A stretch of 64,000 nucleotides of DNA from Gammaproteobacteria bacterium (GTDB lineage Bacteria > Pseudomonadota > Gammaproteobacteria > Tethybacterales > G965206325): assembly GCA_965206325.1 (NCBI GenBank), contig OZ242208.1:294326-358325 (forward strand). The letters run 5' to 3'. Below the pieces are notes generated by a model. That model saw only the letters and a program-made list of their open reading frames with translations, had not been told where the DNA came from and ran no database searches. Positions 29,174-38,560 of the stretch are shown here, piece after piece; position 1 is the stretch's first letter, and each line of letters begins with the position of its first letter. Both the position numbers and the translations under genes were made by a program.

Positions 29174-29790
29174 CCTCCCCCCTCTTAACTTGGCGGCGCA
29201 TATTAATTATCGCGTCGCTGTTTTTTGCGGCGGCGGCTTTGGGCGGCGAGCAGCGCGAAGAAGAATTGTCCTCGTCCACGCGCGCCGCTTTGCATGGACT
29301 CGTCGCCGACTACCCCCCCCCCCGACTTTACTTTGAAAGCCGCGAAAAGGGGTTAAGATGGATTAATGAAATGTCGGCGCGGCTCGCCAGACTGCTGCCT
29401 TCCGATTCCATTTTAAGCGACGCCAATCTGCGTCGGGAATTCCTTATCGCCTTGCATTACGAAGCGAGCCGCGCCGGATTGGATCCACAATTAATGCTTG
29501 CTGTTGCGCAGGTGGAGAGCGCGTTTCGCAAGTATGCTATTTCCATCGCCAGCGCGCGCGGCTATATGCAGGTGATGCCGTTTTGGATTGATAACATCGG
29601 CGAGCGGCATCATAACTTATTTCATTTGCGCACAAATCTGCGGTATGGCGCGGTTATTTTGCGCCATTATCTTAATGTAGAAGACGGCGATTTATTTCGC
29701 GCCTTGGGACGCTATAACGGCTCCTTGGGACGCGCGCATTACCCTAACCTTGTCCGCTCAAAATGGGATAAGTATTGGCAGTGGAAGTGA
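29170..29790 (+). CDS. lytic transglycosylase (SLT-domain) protein
   Basis: Signal peptide and SLT catalytic motif (AVAQVESAF...GYMQVMP). Confidence 0.75.
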   Translation: MTSPLLTWRRILIIASLFFAAAALGGEQREEELSSSTRAALHGLVADYPPPRLYFESREKGLRWINEMSARLARLLPSDSILSDANLRREFLIALHYEASRAGLDPQLMLAVAQVESAFRKYAISIASARGYMQVMPFWIDNIGERHHNLFHLRTNLRYGAVILRHYLNVEDGDLFRALGRYNGSLGRAHYPNLVRSKWDKYWQWK

Positions 29791-30059
29791 TTTCGCCTGC
29801 GAAAAAAGCGGCGAGGATTTTTTCGCCGACGGCGAGAATTCCCGTCAAGACAAGGGGGGAAATCGCCAAAATGCGGGCGATGGTGGTGGTGTTTTCCATT
29901 TGAATCCTTTGGTTGGTTTGATTGGAAAAAGGGGATTATACGCGAATTTCCGAATTTTCGACACAAAACAACAAGCAATGGCAATTTTTTCCAGAATCTT
30001 TTCTTCGTCGATGGTTAATTAAGCATGCTATAATTTTGCAAAAACTGGAGCATAATCCC

Positions 30060-31889
30060 ATGAAAAAAAGTGCCAAGGCGAATTTTGACCACGCCGATTC
30101 CTTTGTGTTTCGCAACGAGCGTCCGTGGCCTGTTCCGCGCCTCAAGCGGGCGGCGATTGTCGGCCACACGACCCCGGTGTCATCCAAAATCTGGATTCGC
30201 ACCGGCGAGCTCGGCGATTATAAATTTATCGCCTGCCCCCCTAACGCCGTGCAAAATCCCATTGACAAGATCGGAAAAACGGTCACGATGGACAATGCCG
30301 CCCTGAATCGCATTTTGCAGCGAAACCCCGGCAGCAAGATGGAGGACTTTCGCATCGCCGATTTCAATGATGACACCACGCATGTCGTGCGATTGAATGA
30401 TCTCAGTCCCGACACGCTGTATCGCTACATGGTTCTTCAAAGGGGACCGAAAGAGGGCGGGGATGAATGGCGCGCAATCATCGGCGCTGACAAAGTGGGA
30501 GTGGGCAAAGCGCGACGGCGCGGCTTGTCGTTCAGGACTCTGAGTGACGACCAAATGCGGCCTTTCAGTTTCGCGTTGTTCAGTTGTCATAATCCGTTTG
30601 TGGAGGAGGGATTTTTCTCTTTTTCCAAACGAATTAAGGTTGAACGCATGGAAGCATGGGCTGCGCTTGCTCAAACTCTTCGTCGCCACAGCGAACGCGA
30701 TGAAAAGCGTTTGGCATTTGTCATCGCTGGCGGCGACCAAGCGTATACCGACGGTCGCCCCGGCATTGACATTTGGGAATTCCTTTACAAAAAAATGAAA
30801 GAGGCGAAGGAACGCGGCAAACAACTCCCTGAAGAAGGAACGATGCTAACTTGGTTCCGCGACATTTTTCGCGCATATTGGGGGTTTCCAGATGTCCGCG
30901 AAGTCTTTGCAAATTATCCGACCTACATGATTTGGGACGACCACGAAATCGGCGATGGATGGGGATCTTTTGATTCTCTTAACAGCCGCCGCAAAAATCC
31001 CCGCCGTCACCCGATTTATGAAAAGGCGGATGAAATCGGCCTGTCTCATAAACAGGCGGATGAATTGCTACACCGAATGTTTAATGCCGCCAAGGAGGCA
31101 TATACGGAATACGAGCACAGCCATAATCCGGACACGAATGGCGAATTTCATTACAGTTTCAAGCACGGCAGCTGCGCTTTCTTTGTTCTGGATGGCCGCG
31201 GACACCGTGATGTGAATCGGCCGGAATACCGAATACACGGCGAAGGGCAAATGAAAGAATTTGCGAAATTTGTCGATGGATTGAATCCGGACAAGGATAA
31301 ATTTCTGTTCATCGTTTCTGCTGTTCCGGTCTTGCACACCACTGATCTTATCGTCGGTCTTGAAGACCAAAAGGCATTCGGTTTGATTCGGGGTGGCGAT
31401 CGCGATGACTTACGCGATGGCTGGGAGCATTCTCTGCACGATGCCGAGCGTAGAGAATTTAAGCGCATTCTTTGGCAAGCTGCGGATAAAGGCATTCGCA
31501 TCGCCATACTTTCCGGCGATGTCCACGCATCCGCTGCGTTTCGGCTCGAGAAAAAAGGAATTGATCTTCCCATCTATCAATTGACATCAAGTGCCATCAC
31601 TTATCACCTCACTTTGGTGCAGGAGAAATTTGCGAAGCATTTATTGCCGGCAGCCGAAGAAGGGAAAACCCAAGATGGCGAATATTTTACCCGCTTGGCA
31701 TTAAGCGTAAAAAGCCCTTATGCTATTGTGCAAGTTGATCCCAAGAATGGAAAGGCGGTTTTTCAACTGTATGGTGTTGAACAAACCCCTAGCCACAACG
31801 ATTCATCAAAAGCGGATTTGCGAACCAATTCCGCTCAAAGGATTGAGCTTTGGTCTCAGAGTAATGCGAAAACTCTTGGGAATGGTTAG
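30060..31889 (+). CDS. PhoD-like metallophosphoesterase / alkaline phosphatase D family protein
   Basis: GGDQAYTDG and WDDHEIGDGWG motifs; low-GC; SD ggag 10 nt upstream of the ATG at 30060. Confidence 0.7.
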   Translation: MKKSAKANFDHADSFVFRNERPWPVPRLKRAAIVGHTTPVSSKIWIRTGELGDYKFIACPPNAVQNPIDKIGKTVTMDNAALNRILQRNPGSKMEDFRIADFNDDTTHVVRLNDLSPDTLYRYMVLQRGPKEGGDEWRAIIGADKVGVGKARRRGLSFRTLSDDQMRPFSFALFSCHNPFVEEGFFSFSKRIKVERMEAWAALAQTLRRHSERDEKRLAFVIAGGDQAYTDGRPGIDIWEFLYKKMKEAKERGKQLPEEGTMLTWFRDIFRAYWGFPDVREVFANYPTYMIWDDHEIGDGWGSFDSLNSRRKNPRRHPIYEKADEIGLSHKQADELLHRMFNAAKEAYTEYEHSHNPDTNGEFHYSFKHGSCAFFVLDGRGHRDVNRPEYRIHGEGQMKEFAKFVDGLNPDKDKFLFIVSAVPVLHTTDLIVGLEDQKAFGLIRGGDRDDLRDGWEHSLHDAERREFKRILWQAADKGIRIAILSGDVHASAAFRLEKKGIDLPIYQLTSSAITYHLTLVQEKFAKHLLPAAEEGKTQDGEYFTRLALSVKSPYAIVQVDPKNGKAVFQLYGVEQTPSHNDSSKADLRTNSAQRIELWSQSNAKTLGNG

Positions 31890-31920
31890 GACGGAGTTAA
31901 AAACTCCGCCCCGCTTTTTT
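31890..31920 (+). terminator. Rho-independent terminator after the phoD-like gene
   Basis: ggagtt-aaaa-aactcc hairpin, GC-rich clamp, then TTTTTT. Confidence 0.55.
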
Positions 31921-31921
31921 C

Positions 31922-31987
31922 AATCCAGCCGCTGATACGCCGACAAGGTGAGAAAATCGGCAAGCGAATCCGCAAGGACAAATCTTC
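31922..31987. repeat. 66-bp direct repeat (left copy) duplicating the 3' end of aceB; left boundary of the Nudix-kinase islet
   Basis: Identical to 33414-33480 apart from a 1-nt indel. Confidence 0.75.
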
Positions 31988-32658
31988 TACGCCCAAGCCA
32001 GCGATTTTTGGACGATAAAGTCGCGTCCGAGTATTTGTCGGGCGGAATCGCTTGTTAATAGCAGCGATGACCATGGATCAAGTTCGTCGCCCTCCAAATC
32101 GCCGATTTCGGCAAGAGAATGAATAGCGGCGCGGTCGGCGTTGACGAATTCGCCGCCGTCGCATTCGCGGTTAATGGAGAGGTCGTCGCCGGCAAAGCGG
32201 CATTCAAAAACGACTCCGAAATGACGGCTGCTGGAAAGCGTGGACGGGTCGGCGACGACTCCAATCGGGTCGGGAAAAACTTTCGCGCTGAGTCCTAATT
32301 CTTCGTGCAGTTCGCGTTCTACGCAATTTTTCAGGAGGTCGCCGCTGTTTGCGTCGACTTTGTTAATATGTCCGCCGAAAAGCAGCGTATGGCGCAGGCG
32401 AAGATCGTCGCGTCCGTTTTTGGCGCGCCTTAAACGCAGCAAGCGTCGCGCATCATTGCGGACAATGGCGCAGGGAATAATTTGGCGCACCGCTTCCGTT
32501 TGTTCGGCCCATGCGCGAGGATAAAAATTTCCGCAGCGTCGCACTTCGCTTAATGTGTTCCGCAAAATGGCGGCATCGGCGCAGAATTGCGGACGAATAT
32601 AAAAGTCCGCCAAAATTCCTTCGGGGACGGCGAAAATTGTGGATTCGGAATCAGGCAT
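31987..32658 (-). CDS. Nudix hydrolase
   Basis: Nudix box G(x5)E(x7)REVxEExG present as GGHINKVDANSGDLLKNCVERELHEELGL. Confidence 0.75.
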   Translation of the reverse strand: MPDSESTIFAVPEGILADFYIRPQFCADAAILRNTLSEVRRCGNFYPRAWAEQTEAVRQIIPCAIVRNDARRLLRLRRAKNGRDDLRLRHTLLFGGHINKVDANSGDLLKNCVERELHEELGLSAKVFPDPIGVVADPSTLSSSRHFGVVFECRFAGDDLSINRECDGGEFVNADRAAIHSLAEIGDLEGDELDPWSSLLLTSDSARQILGRDFIVQKSLAWA

Positions 32659-33367
32659 CGCGCGCTTTTTCTTCCAGCAAATTCATAATATCGCCGACAA
32701 TTTCGCCTGCGGTTTTTCGGGGGTCATCGCCGTTGTCGGTGCGAAAGTAGGAGATGCGTGCTTCGTTTTTCAATGATTCGTATTGCTTGAGCAATTCGCC
32801 GAGCATTTCCGGATTCATCGCGGTGCCTTCACTTTTGATAAGTTTGTGTTCATGCTCGCGCCGCATGGATGTTTCAGGTGAGCAAGTAAACAGGTAAATA
32901 CGACCAACGATGCCCGCCCATTTCGGATGCTGAGCGAAGCGGTCGAAGCGGTCGTATTCATCGTCTGACAATTCTTTGCGGTCGCGCAACAAGCGCATCC
33001 ACGCGAGTGAGTCAAATGGCCCGCGATCCAAAATAACGAGATCACAGGGTTCCGCGCTGTGGCAGGCGACCAAGATTTCGCTGACGGCGTAGTTCAGCGC
33101 CCACGCATTAAATGCCACCCAATCGCTGCGCAATTGGGATGGCGTTCGCTTGCTGGCGCCTTCGGTCGGCGACCACACGCGGAATCCGGTGCGTTTAAAA
33201 AAGTGGGCGACGGTGTCAATGGTTGTGCTTTTGCCCGCTTTCGGGCTGCCGGCGAATTCCACCACCAGCGGCTTAAAATCGTCGCCGCGCTCGGAAATAG
33301 CGGGCATCCGCTTAGAGAGAGATTCCGCTTGCCGTCGCAGATTATCGCTGTCGGTGTTGTTTGTCAC
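32651..33367 (-). CDS. P-loop NTPase, nucleotide/deoxynucleotide-kinase-like
   Basis: Walker A GSPKAGKST, DRGPFDS (DRx-like) motif and Arg-rich lid region; 8-nt overlap with the Nudix gene. Confidence 0.6.
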   Translation of the reverse strand: MTNNTDSDNLRRQAESLSKRMPAISERGDDFKPLVVEFAGSPKAGKSTTIDTVAHFFKRTGFRVWSPTEGASKRTPSQLRSDWVAFNAWALNYAVSEILVACHSAEPCDLVILDRGPFDSLAWMRLLRDRKELSDDEYDRFDRFAQHPKWAGIVGRIYLFTCSPETSMRREHEHKLIKSEGTAMNPEMLGELLKQYESLKNEARISYFRTDNGDDPRKTAGEIVGDIMNLLEEKARDA

Positions 33368-33411
33368 GCCACGCTTCTGAGTATGATTCGCATTCTACAC
33401 GACCCGAAGAT

Positions 33412-35010
33412 TTAATCCAGCCGCTGATACGCCGACAAGGTGAGAAAATCGGCAAGCGAATCCGCAAGGACAAAATCTTCCAGCAACTCGGCGGCGGAAT
33501 TCAAATGTTCGGCGGCAGCCCCCCCCCCCCTCGACGCATCGCCCCATTCCTTTGCGATGGAGTCGCGCGCAAAAGCAAGACGCGATAAAAACATTTCGCG
33601 CGTGATGTTTTCGCCGCTCTGCAGAACACCCTTTGGATATCTCACCCATTGCCACAATTGAGAACGGGCGATTTCGGCGGTGGCGGCGTCTTCCATCAAA
33701 TTAAAAATGGGAACCGCACCCCCCCCCCCAAGCCACGCCGAAATATATCGCAATGCGACTTGAATGTTATTGTCAAGTCCTTCTGCGGTAATGTCGCCGA
33801 GGGGAGTGGCGATTAAATCGTCGGCGGAAATTTCTTGGGAAGGGAATGCATCCTTTTGATTCGCCGAAGGCATTTGTTTATTAAAAACTTCCATCGCCGT
33901 TTTGATGAGGTCGGGATGAGCGACCCAAGTGCCGTCGTGGCCGTCTTGGGCTTCGCGCATTTTATCTTCGCGCACTTTGTTTAAGGCGGCGGCGTTTGCT
34001 TTTTCGTCGGCGCGAATTGGAATAAACGCCGCCATTCCGCCCATTGCATGCGCGCCCCGCCGATGGCATGTTTGAATTAATAAGCGCGAATATGCGCGCA
34101 AAAACGGCTGCGTCATGCCGACGGCATTGCGGTCGGGCAGAACGCGCGAAGGGTCGGCGCGAAAGGTTTTAATGTAACTGAATATGTAATCCCATCTTCC
34201 GCAATTCAGGCCGACGATTCGCCCGCGCATCGCGTGCAGAATTTCGTGCATTTGAAAGACCGCCGGCAGGGTTTCAATTAAAAGCGTGACCTTGGTTGTT
34301 TCGCGCGGAATATCCAATTGGGATTCGGAGAAAGCGATGACATCATCCCACAGCGACGCTTCCTCCCAATGCTCAACCTTGGGAAGATAGAAAAACGGCC
34401 CGCGATTCTTTTGATGAAGAATCTTCGCGCCGTGAAAAAAGAACAGGGCAAAATCCACCAGCGAAGCCGCAACCGGCTTTCCGCGAAAGATGAGATGCTT
34501 TTCCGGCAGATGCCATCCGCGAGGGCGGACGATTAATTGGCATTCGTGATTCGGATTAAGGGCGTAATGCTTGCCGCTGGCGGGGTCAATGAATTCGCAT
34601 TCGCCGCGGACGGCGTCGTAAAGATTAACCTGTCCGGCGGCGACGCGCGCCCAAGTGGGCGAAAGCGAATCTTCGCAGTCGGCCATAAAAACGCGCGCCG
34701 ACGAATTAAGGGCGTTGATGAGCATTTTGCGGTCGACCGGCCCGGTGATTTCCACGCGGCGGTCTTCCAAAGCCGACGGCGGCGGCGCGACTTGCCATTC
34801 GGATTCGCGGATGCTTCGCGTTTCTTCAAAAAAATTCGGCGATTGGCCGGAGTCAAATTCCGCCTGCCGCACTTGCCGATTCTGCAGCAGTTTGTCGCGG
34901 CGGTCGGAAAAGCGCGACGCAATGTCCGCCAAAAAAGCCATCGCTTCCGGCGTGAAAATTTTTCGCGCCGATTCGTCGATGGGAGCGGTGATTTCGATTT
35001 TGTCCGTCAT
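33412..35010 (-). CDS. aceB: malate synthase A
   Basis: 532 aa with malate synthase A motifs (LNCGRWDYIFS, catalytic Arg/Asp regions). Confidence 0.9.
   Translation of the reverse strand: MTDKIEITAPIDESARKIFTPEAMAFLADIASRFSDRRDKLLQNRQVRQAEFDSGQSPNFFEETRSIRESEWQVAPPPSALEDRRVEITGPVDRKMLINALNSSARVFMADCEDSLSPTWARVAAGQVNLYDAVRGECEFIDPASGKHYALNPNHECQLIVRPRGWHLPEKHLIFRGKPVAASLVDFALFFFHGAKILHQKNRGPFFYLPKVEHWEEASLWDDVIAFSESQLDIPRETTKVTLLIETLPAVFQMHEILHAMRGRIVGLNCGRWDYIFSYIKTFRADPSRVLPDRNAVGMTQPFLRAYSRLLIQTCHRRGAHAMGGMAAFIPIRADEKANAAALNKVREDKMREAQDGHDGTWVAHPDLIKTAMEVFNKQMPSANQKDAFPSQEISADDLIATPLGDITAEGLDNNIQVALRYISAWLGGGGAVPIFNLMEDAATAEIARSQLWQWVRYPKGVLQSGENITREMFLSRLAFARDSIAKEWGDASRGGGAAAEHLNSAAELLEDFVLADSLADFLTLSAYQRLD
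33414..33480. repeat. 67-bp direct repeat (right copy), the genuine 3' end of aceB
   Basis: Matches 31922-31987; encodes ...ADFLTLSAYQRLD-stop of malate synthase. Confidence 0.75.
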
Positions 35011-35124
35011 TTTTTGTCCTCGCGGTTAGCGGAGAATTATATTATGATTCGGCGGATGAAAGAATGGCTGATTTCCATCGCCGATTTGCGGCGAAAAAAC
35101 AAGGACAATTCTTAAACCCCGCCG

Positions 35125-36096
35125 TCATGTTTCGCGCTTTGCGCGCGGATGCGATTTGTCGTAAGTGGCCGCAAGCGCCTGAAAATCAAGATGCGTATAA
35201 ATTTCTGTGGACGCCACGCTGCGATGCCCCAGCATTTCCTGAACCGCGCGCAAATCGCCGCTGGATTGCAGCAAGTGCGACGCGCAAGAATGCCGTAATT
35301 GATGCGGTGTAACGCCGCGTTCAAATCCGGCCTGCCGCGCCCATGCTTGTATCCGCCGCTGCACCGCGCGAGATGAAAGCCGCCCGCCGCGGCGATTAAT
35401 AAAAAGCGCCGGCGATTCGCCCGCCGACCGCGCGCGCGCGGCAAGCCAGCGATTGAGTGATTCCGCCGCGCGTCCGCCCATCGGTGCTTCGCGTCCGCGT
35501 CCGCCCTTGCCGATTCGGATTCGCACCGCGCCGCCGACGATGTCCGCATCGCCGAGATTGAGCGAGATCAATTCGCCGACCCGCAAGGCCGACGAATACA
35601 TCAACTCAAACATCGCTGAATCGCGGCGATGAAGAAAATCCTTTTTTAATTTATCAGGCGAATTTGAATTGGGATTATCGCCCGCGCTTTCCGACCCCCC
35701 CCCCCCCCGTTCAAAAAAGCGCGCGGTTTCATCCGGCGAAAGCGCCTTGGGAAGACGCTTTTTGCCGCGCGGCGCGCGCATCGTCCGCGCCGGATTTGTT
35801 TGGGATTCGCCGCGCTCTTCCATAAAATTAAAAAACATTCGCCACGCCGACAAACGCCGGGCGAGAGTCGCCGCGCTCAGATTTTTTTTGACGGCGCTTT
35901 CAAATGCGACGCGCACAAAATCGCCATCCTCCTCCCCCTCCTCCTTTTCTTTGGAAAGAGATTCGGCGGCATTAATAAGTTGGGTAAGGTCGCGATGATA
36001 AGCCGCGCAAGTGTTCGCGCTTAAGCGGCGGACATCGCGCAAGTGCGAAAGAAATTCGCCGGTCAATTGCCGCAGCGATTCGGCGTCTTTTATCAT
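35125..36096 (-). CDS. xerC: tyrosine recombinase XerC
   Basis: Phage-integrase family, R..HSCASHLL...LGHRSVASTEIYTHL with catalytic Tyr; dapF-DUF484-xerC synteny. Confidence 0.85.
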   Translation of the reverse strand: MIKDAESLRQLTGEFLSHLRDVRRLSANTCAAYHRDLTQLINAAESLSKEKEEGEEDGDFVRVAFESAVKKNLSAATLARRLSAWRMFFNFMEERGESQTNPARTMRAPRGKKRLPKALSPDETARFFERGGGGSESAGDNPNSNSPDKLKKDFLHRRDSAMFELMYSSALRVGELISLNLGDADIVGGAVRIRIGKGGRGREAPMGGRAAESLNRWLAARARSAGESPALFINRRGGRLSSRAVQRRIQAWARQAGFERGVTPHQLRHSCASHLLQSSGDLRAVQEMLGHRSVASTEIYTHLDFQALAATYDKSHPRAKRET

Positions 36097-36644
36097 TTTT
36101 CAGTGCGCGGCTTTTCGCGGCGAGGCGCGGCGGCCAGCAATTCGGCGAGACGAATCGCGTAGTCATCGGCGGCGTAATCAAAGGCATCGGCGGTTTTGTC
36201 GGCGAGAATTATCGCGCCGATTGTCCGGCCTTTGCGAATAATCGGCAAGTGCAGAAAGTCGCGCATATTTTTTGCATTCGGAAAATCAATTCCCGACAGC
36301 AATGCGGCGGCGCGGCGCGGCTTTTTTAATTTGCGAATCGCATCGAAAGATTCGCGCGGCGCATCGTCGAAAAAAATGATGCGGCAAATCGCAACGCCGA
36401 GTCCGGTTTTTAATATGCGTTCCGCCGAAATGCGCCAGTCCGAATTCGGCGGCGATTCTAAAAGCATTCGCGCGACCTTGTGAGTCGCCGACAGAATGCG
36501 ATCGCTGTGGCGGGAGTTTTTCAGCCATTCCGCGAGTCGCCGCCGCAACGCGCGATTTTCCCGCGCCAGCGAATCTGCGCGATGGACATTCAAATTCACC
36601 ACGCCATCGGCGGAATTTTCCTTTAATGTTTTGCGGGTCGTCAC
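36093..36644 (-). CDS. DUF484 (YigA-like) protein
   Basis: Conserved position between dapF and xerC; 183 aa GAF-like protein. Confidence 0.7.
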   Translation of the reverse strand: MTTRKTLKENSADGVVNLNVHRADSLARENRALRRRLAEWLKNSRHSDRILSATHKVARMLLESPPNSDWRISAERILKTGLGVAICRIIFFDDAPRESFDAIRKLKKPRRAAALLSGIDFPNAKNMRDFLHLPIIRKGRTIGAIILADKTADAFDYAADDYAIRLAELLAAAPRREKPRTEK

Positions 36645-36706
36645 GGTGACTTTGTTAGGATATGCTCTTCACTGCGAAGCAGTGCATAATTACTTCATCT
36701 TCGGAA

Positions 36707-37567
36707 TCATATCACATCCGCAGGCAAATCCAAATCAATTTTGCCGTCAAAAACATAAGCAACCGCGCCCTGCAGAATCGGGGGCGAATCCCCCCCCCCC
36801 CAAATCACCCGCAATTCTCCGCCGCTTGCATAAACCGTCAGCGAACTTTGCGCCCCCGCATCGCGCGCCGCAATAATCGCCGCCGCACAGGCGCCGCTTC
36901 CGCACGACGGCGTTTCGCCCGCGCCGCGCTCATATACCCGAAGACGAATTGCATCGCCCGAAATCAATTCATAAAAGCCGACATTGACTCCCTCCGGAAA
37001 ATCCGCCGACGCATTCAAATCTGCGCCGACCTTTTCCACCGGCGAGTCATCAATATTTTCCGCGCGAATTACCGCATGCGGATTTCCCAAAGACACGGCG
37101 GCGAATTCAATTTCTTCGCCGTTAATTTTCGCCGAATAAAGACGCGATTCGCGCGGACGATTAAGCGGAATTTTCTCCGGCGCGAAAAGGGGGGGGGGAA
37201 GCCGCGCGCCGCCGCTTTTTTCATCACCGAAAACAGAAAGAATTCCGCCGTCGGATTCCAATTGAATTTCCTTTTTTGAGTCGCCGTCAAACAATCCGTG
37301 CCGCCGCAGAAAAGCCGGAATGCATCGCGCGCCGTTGCCGCATTGTCCGACTTCATTGCCGTCGGCATTAAAAACGCGAAAGCGAAAATCGGCGGCGGCG
37401 ATTCGCGGCGGCGCAATTTGCAGAATTTGATCGCAGCCGATTCCTTCGCGCCTTGATGCGAGCCGACGAACTAAGGTGGAGGTCAAATTCAATTCGCGCG
37501 CGAGCGACGCAACAACGATAAAATCGTTGCCGAGCGCATGCATTTTAGCAAAGGCGATTTCAGTCAT
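36707..37567 (-). CDS. dapF: diaminopimelate epimerase
   Basis: FAKMHALGNDF N-terminus and the two catalytic Cys regions (GNGARC...CGSGACA). Confidence 0.9.
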   Translation of the reverse strand: MTEIAFAKMHALGNDFIVVASLARELNLTSTLVRRLASRREGIGCDQILQIAPPRIAAADFRFRVFNADGNEVGQCGNGARCIPAFLRRHGLFDGDSKKEIQLESDGGILSVFGDEKSGGARLPPPLFAPEKIPLNRPRESRLYSAKINGEEIEFAAVSLGNPHAVIRAENIDDSPVEKVGADLNASADFPEGVNVGFYELISGDAIRLRVYERGAGETPSCGSGACAAAIIAARDAGAQSSLTVYASGGELRVIWGGGDSPPILQGAVAYVFDGKIDLDLPADVI

Positions 37568-38558
37568 AAAGCGAAGATGCGCCGGGAGGCCGCGTTTTGA
37601 ATCGGCGATGCACCCAGTAATACTGCGCGATGGATTCCATTATACGCTCCTCAATGAATTGATTCATTCGGCGCGCATCGGCGGCGGCGTCGCCGCTCGG
37701 AAAATTTTCCCAAGGCGGATGCAATTGCAAAAGATACCCTCCCCCCTCCTGCAGATAAGTCGCGCACGGCAAAACGCGCGCGCGTCCGACACGCGCAAGA
37801 CGCGAAAGAGCATCGGTCGTCGCCGCATCATCAACCGCAAAGAATTGCGAAAACAAAGGCCGCCGCTTTTCGTTTAAATCGGGAAGATAATATATCCCCC
37901 CCCCCCCCCTAAGCCAGCGGCAAACGCCAAGCGATTCGCGATGCGAAAACAATTGCATATCCGAAGGCAAATGCCGCGTGCGCGCGCGATGCAGTAATTC
38001 ATTCCAAAAGCCGCTGTGCTGCTCGCGATAAACGGCGGAAAGACGCGACGATGATTCGCACATAAGACGCACGCCGCCGAAATCCATTCCGACAAAATGC
38101 GGCGCAAAAACAATTGTCGCCTGTCCTTCCAAAGATTGCCAATGCTCCAATCCGGCGACAGAAACAAGGCGGCGAATCTTTTCGCCGTCGGCGGTGAGCA
38201 GATGCAGCCGGTCAAGCAAACTGCGGCCGAGCAGGCGAAAATGATTTTTGACATGAGCAATTCGCTCGGCTTCGGACATTTGCGGAAAGCACAATTCCAA
38301 ATTGCGAAGCGCGATGCGGCGGCGGGACGAAAATCGCATCGCCGCCGCGCCGAGAAATTCACCTATGCGAATCCGAATCGCCGGGGGCAATTGTCCCAGC
38401 AGTGTGCAGAAAAAAAACGCCAGCCGATTAAGCATATTCATCAAGGAAGATTCTACCGCAGCATAACCGCGGATGAATTTAATAAAAGCGCGCAACAGGA
38501 ATGCAATGCCGAATTGCGCTTTTGTTTTTTGATTCGCTCCAATGCTCCGCACCCGCAA
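37560..38558 (-). CDS. lpxL: lipid A biosynthesis lauroyl/myristoyl acyltransferase (LpxL/HtrB family); start uncertain
   Basis: HtrB-family length and motifs (N-terminal TM, NLELCFPQMSEAER, HRARTRH...); several internal ATG candidates. Confidence 0.75.
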   Translation of the reverse strand: MRVRSIGANQKTKAQFGIAFLLRAFIKFIRGYAAVESSLMNMLNRLAFFFCTLLGQLPPAIRIRIGEFLGAAAMRFSSRRRIALRNLELCFPQMSEAERIAHVKNHFRLLGRSLLDRLHLLTADGEKIRRLVSVAGLEHWQSLEGQATIVFAPHFVGMDFGGVRLMCESSSRLSAVYREQHSGFWNELLHRARTRHLPSDMQLFSHRESLGVCRWLRGGGGIYYLPDLNEKRRPLFSQFFAVDDAATTDALSRLARVGRARVLPCATYLQEGGGYLLQLHPPWENFPSGDAAADARRMNQFIEERIMESIAQYYWVHRRFKTRPPGASSLYD

Positions 38559-38560
38559 AT

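Noticed and set aside
29742-29897. 52-codon hydrophobic minus-strand ORF in the slt / phoD spacer
   Set aside because: Overlaps the 3' end of the slt-like gene. No SD. Too little support.
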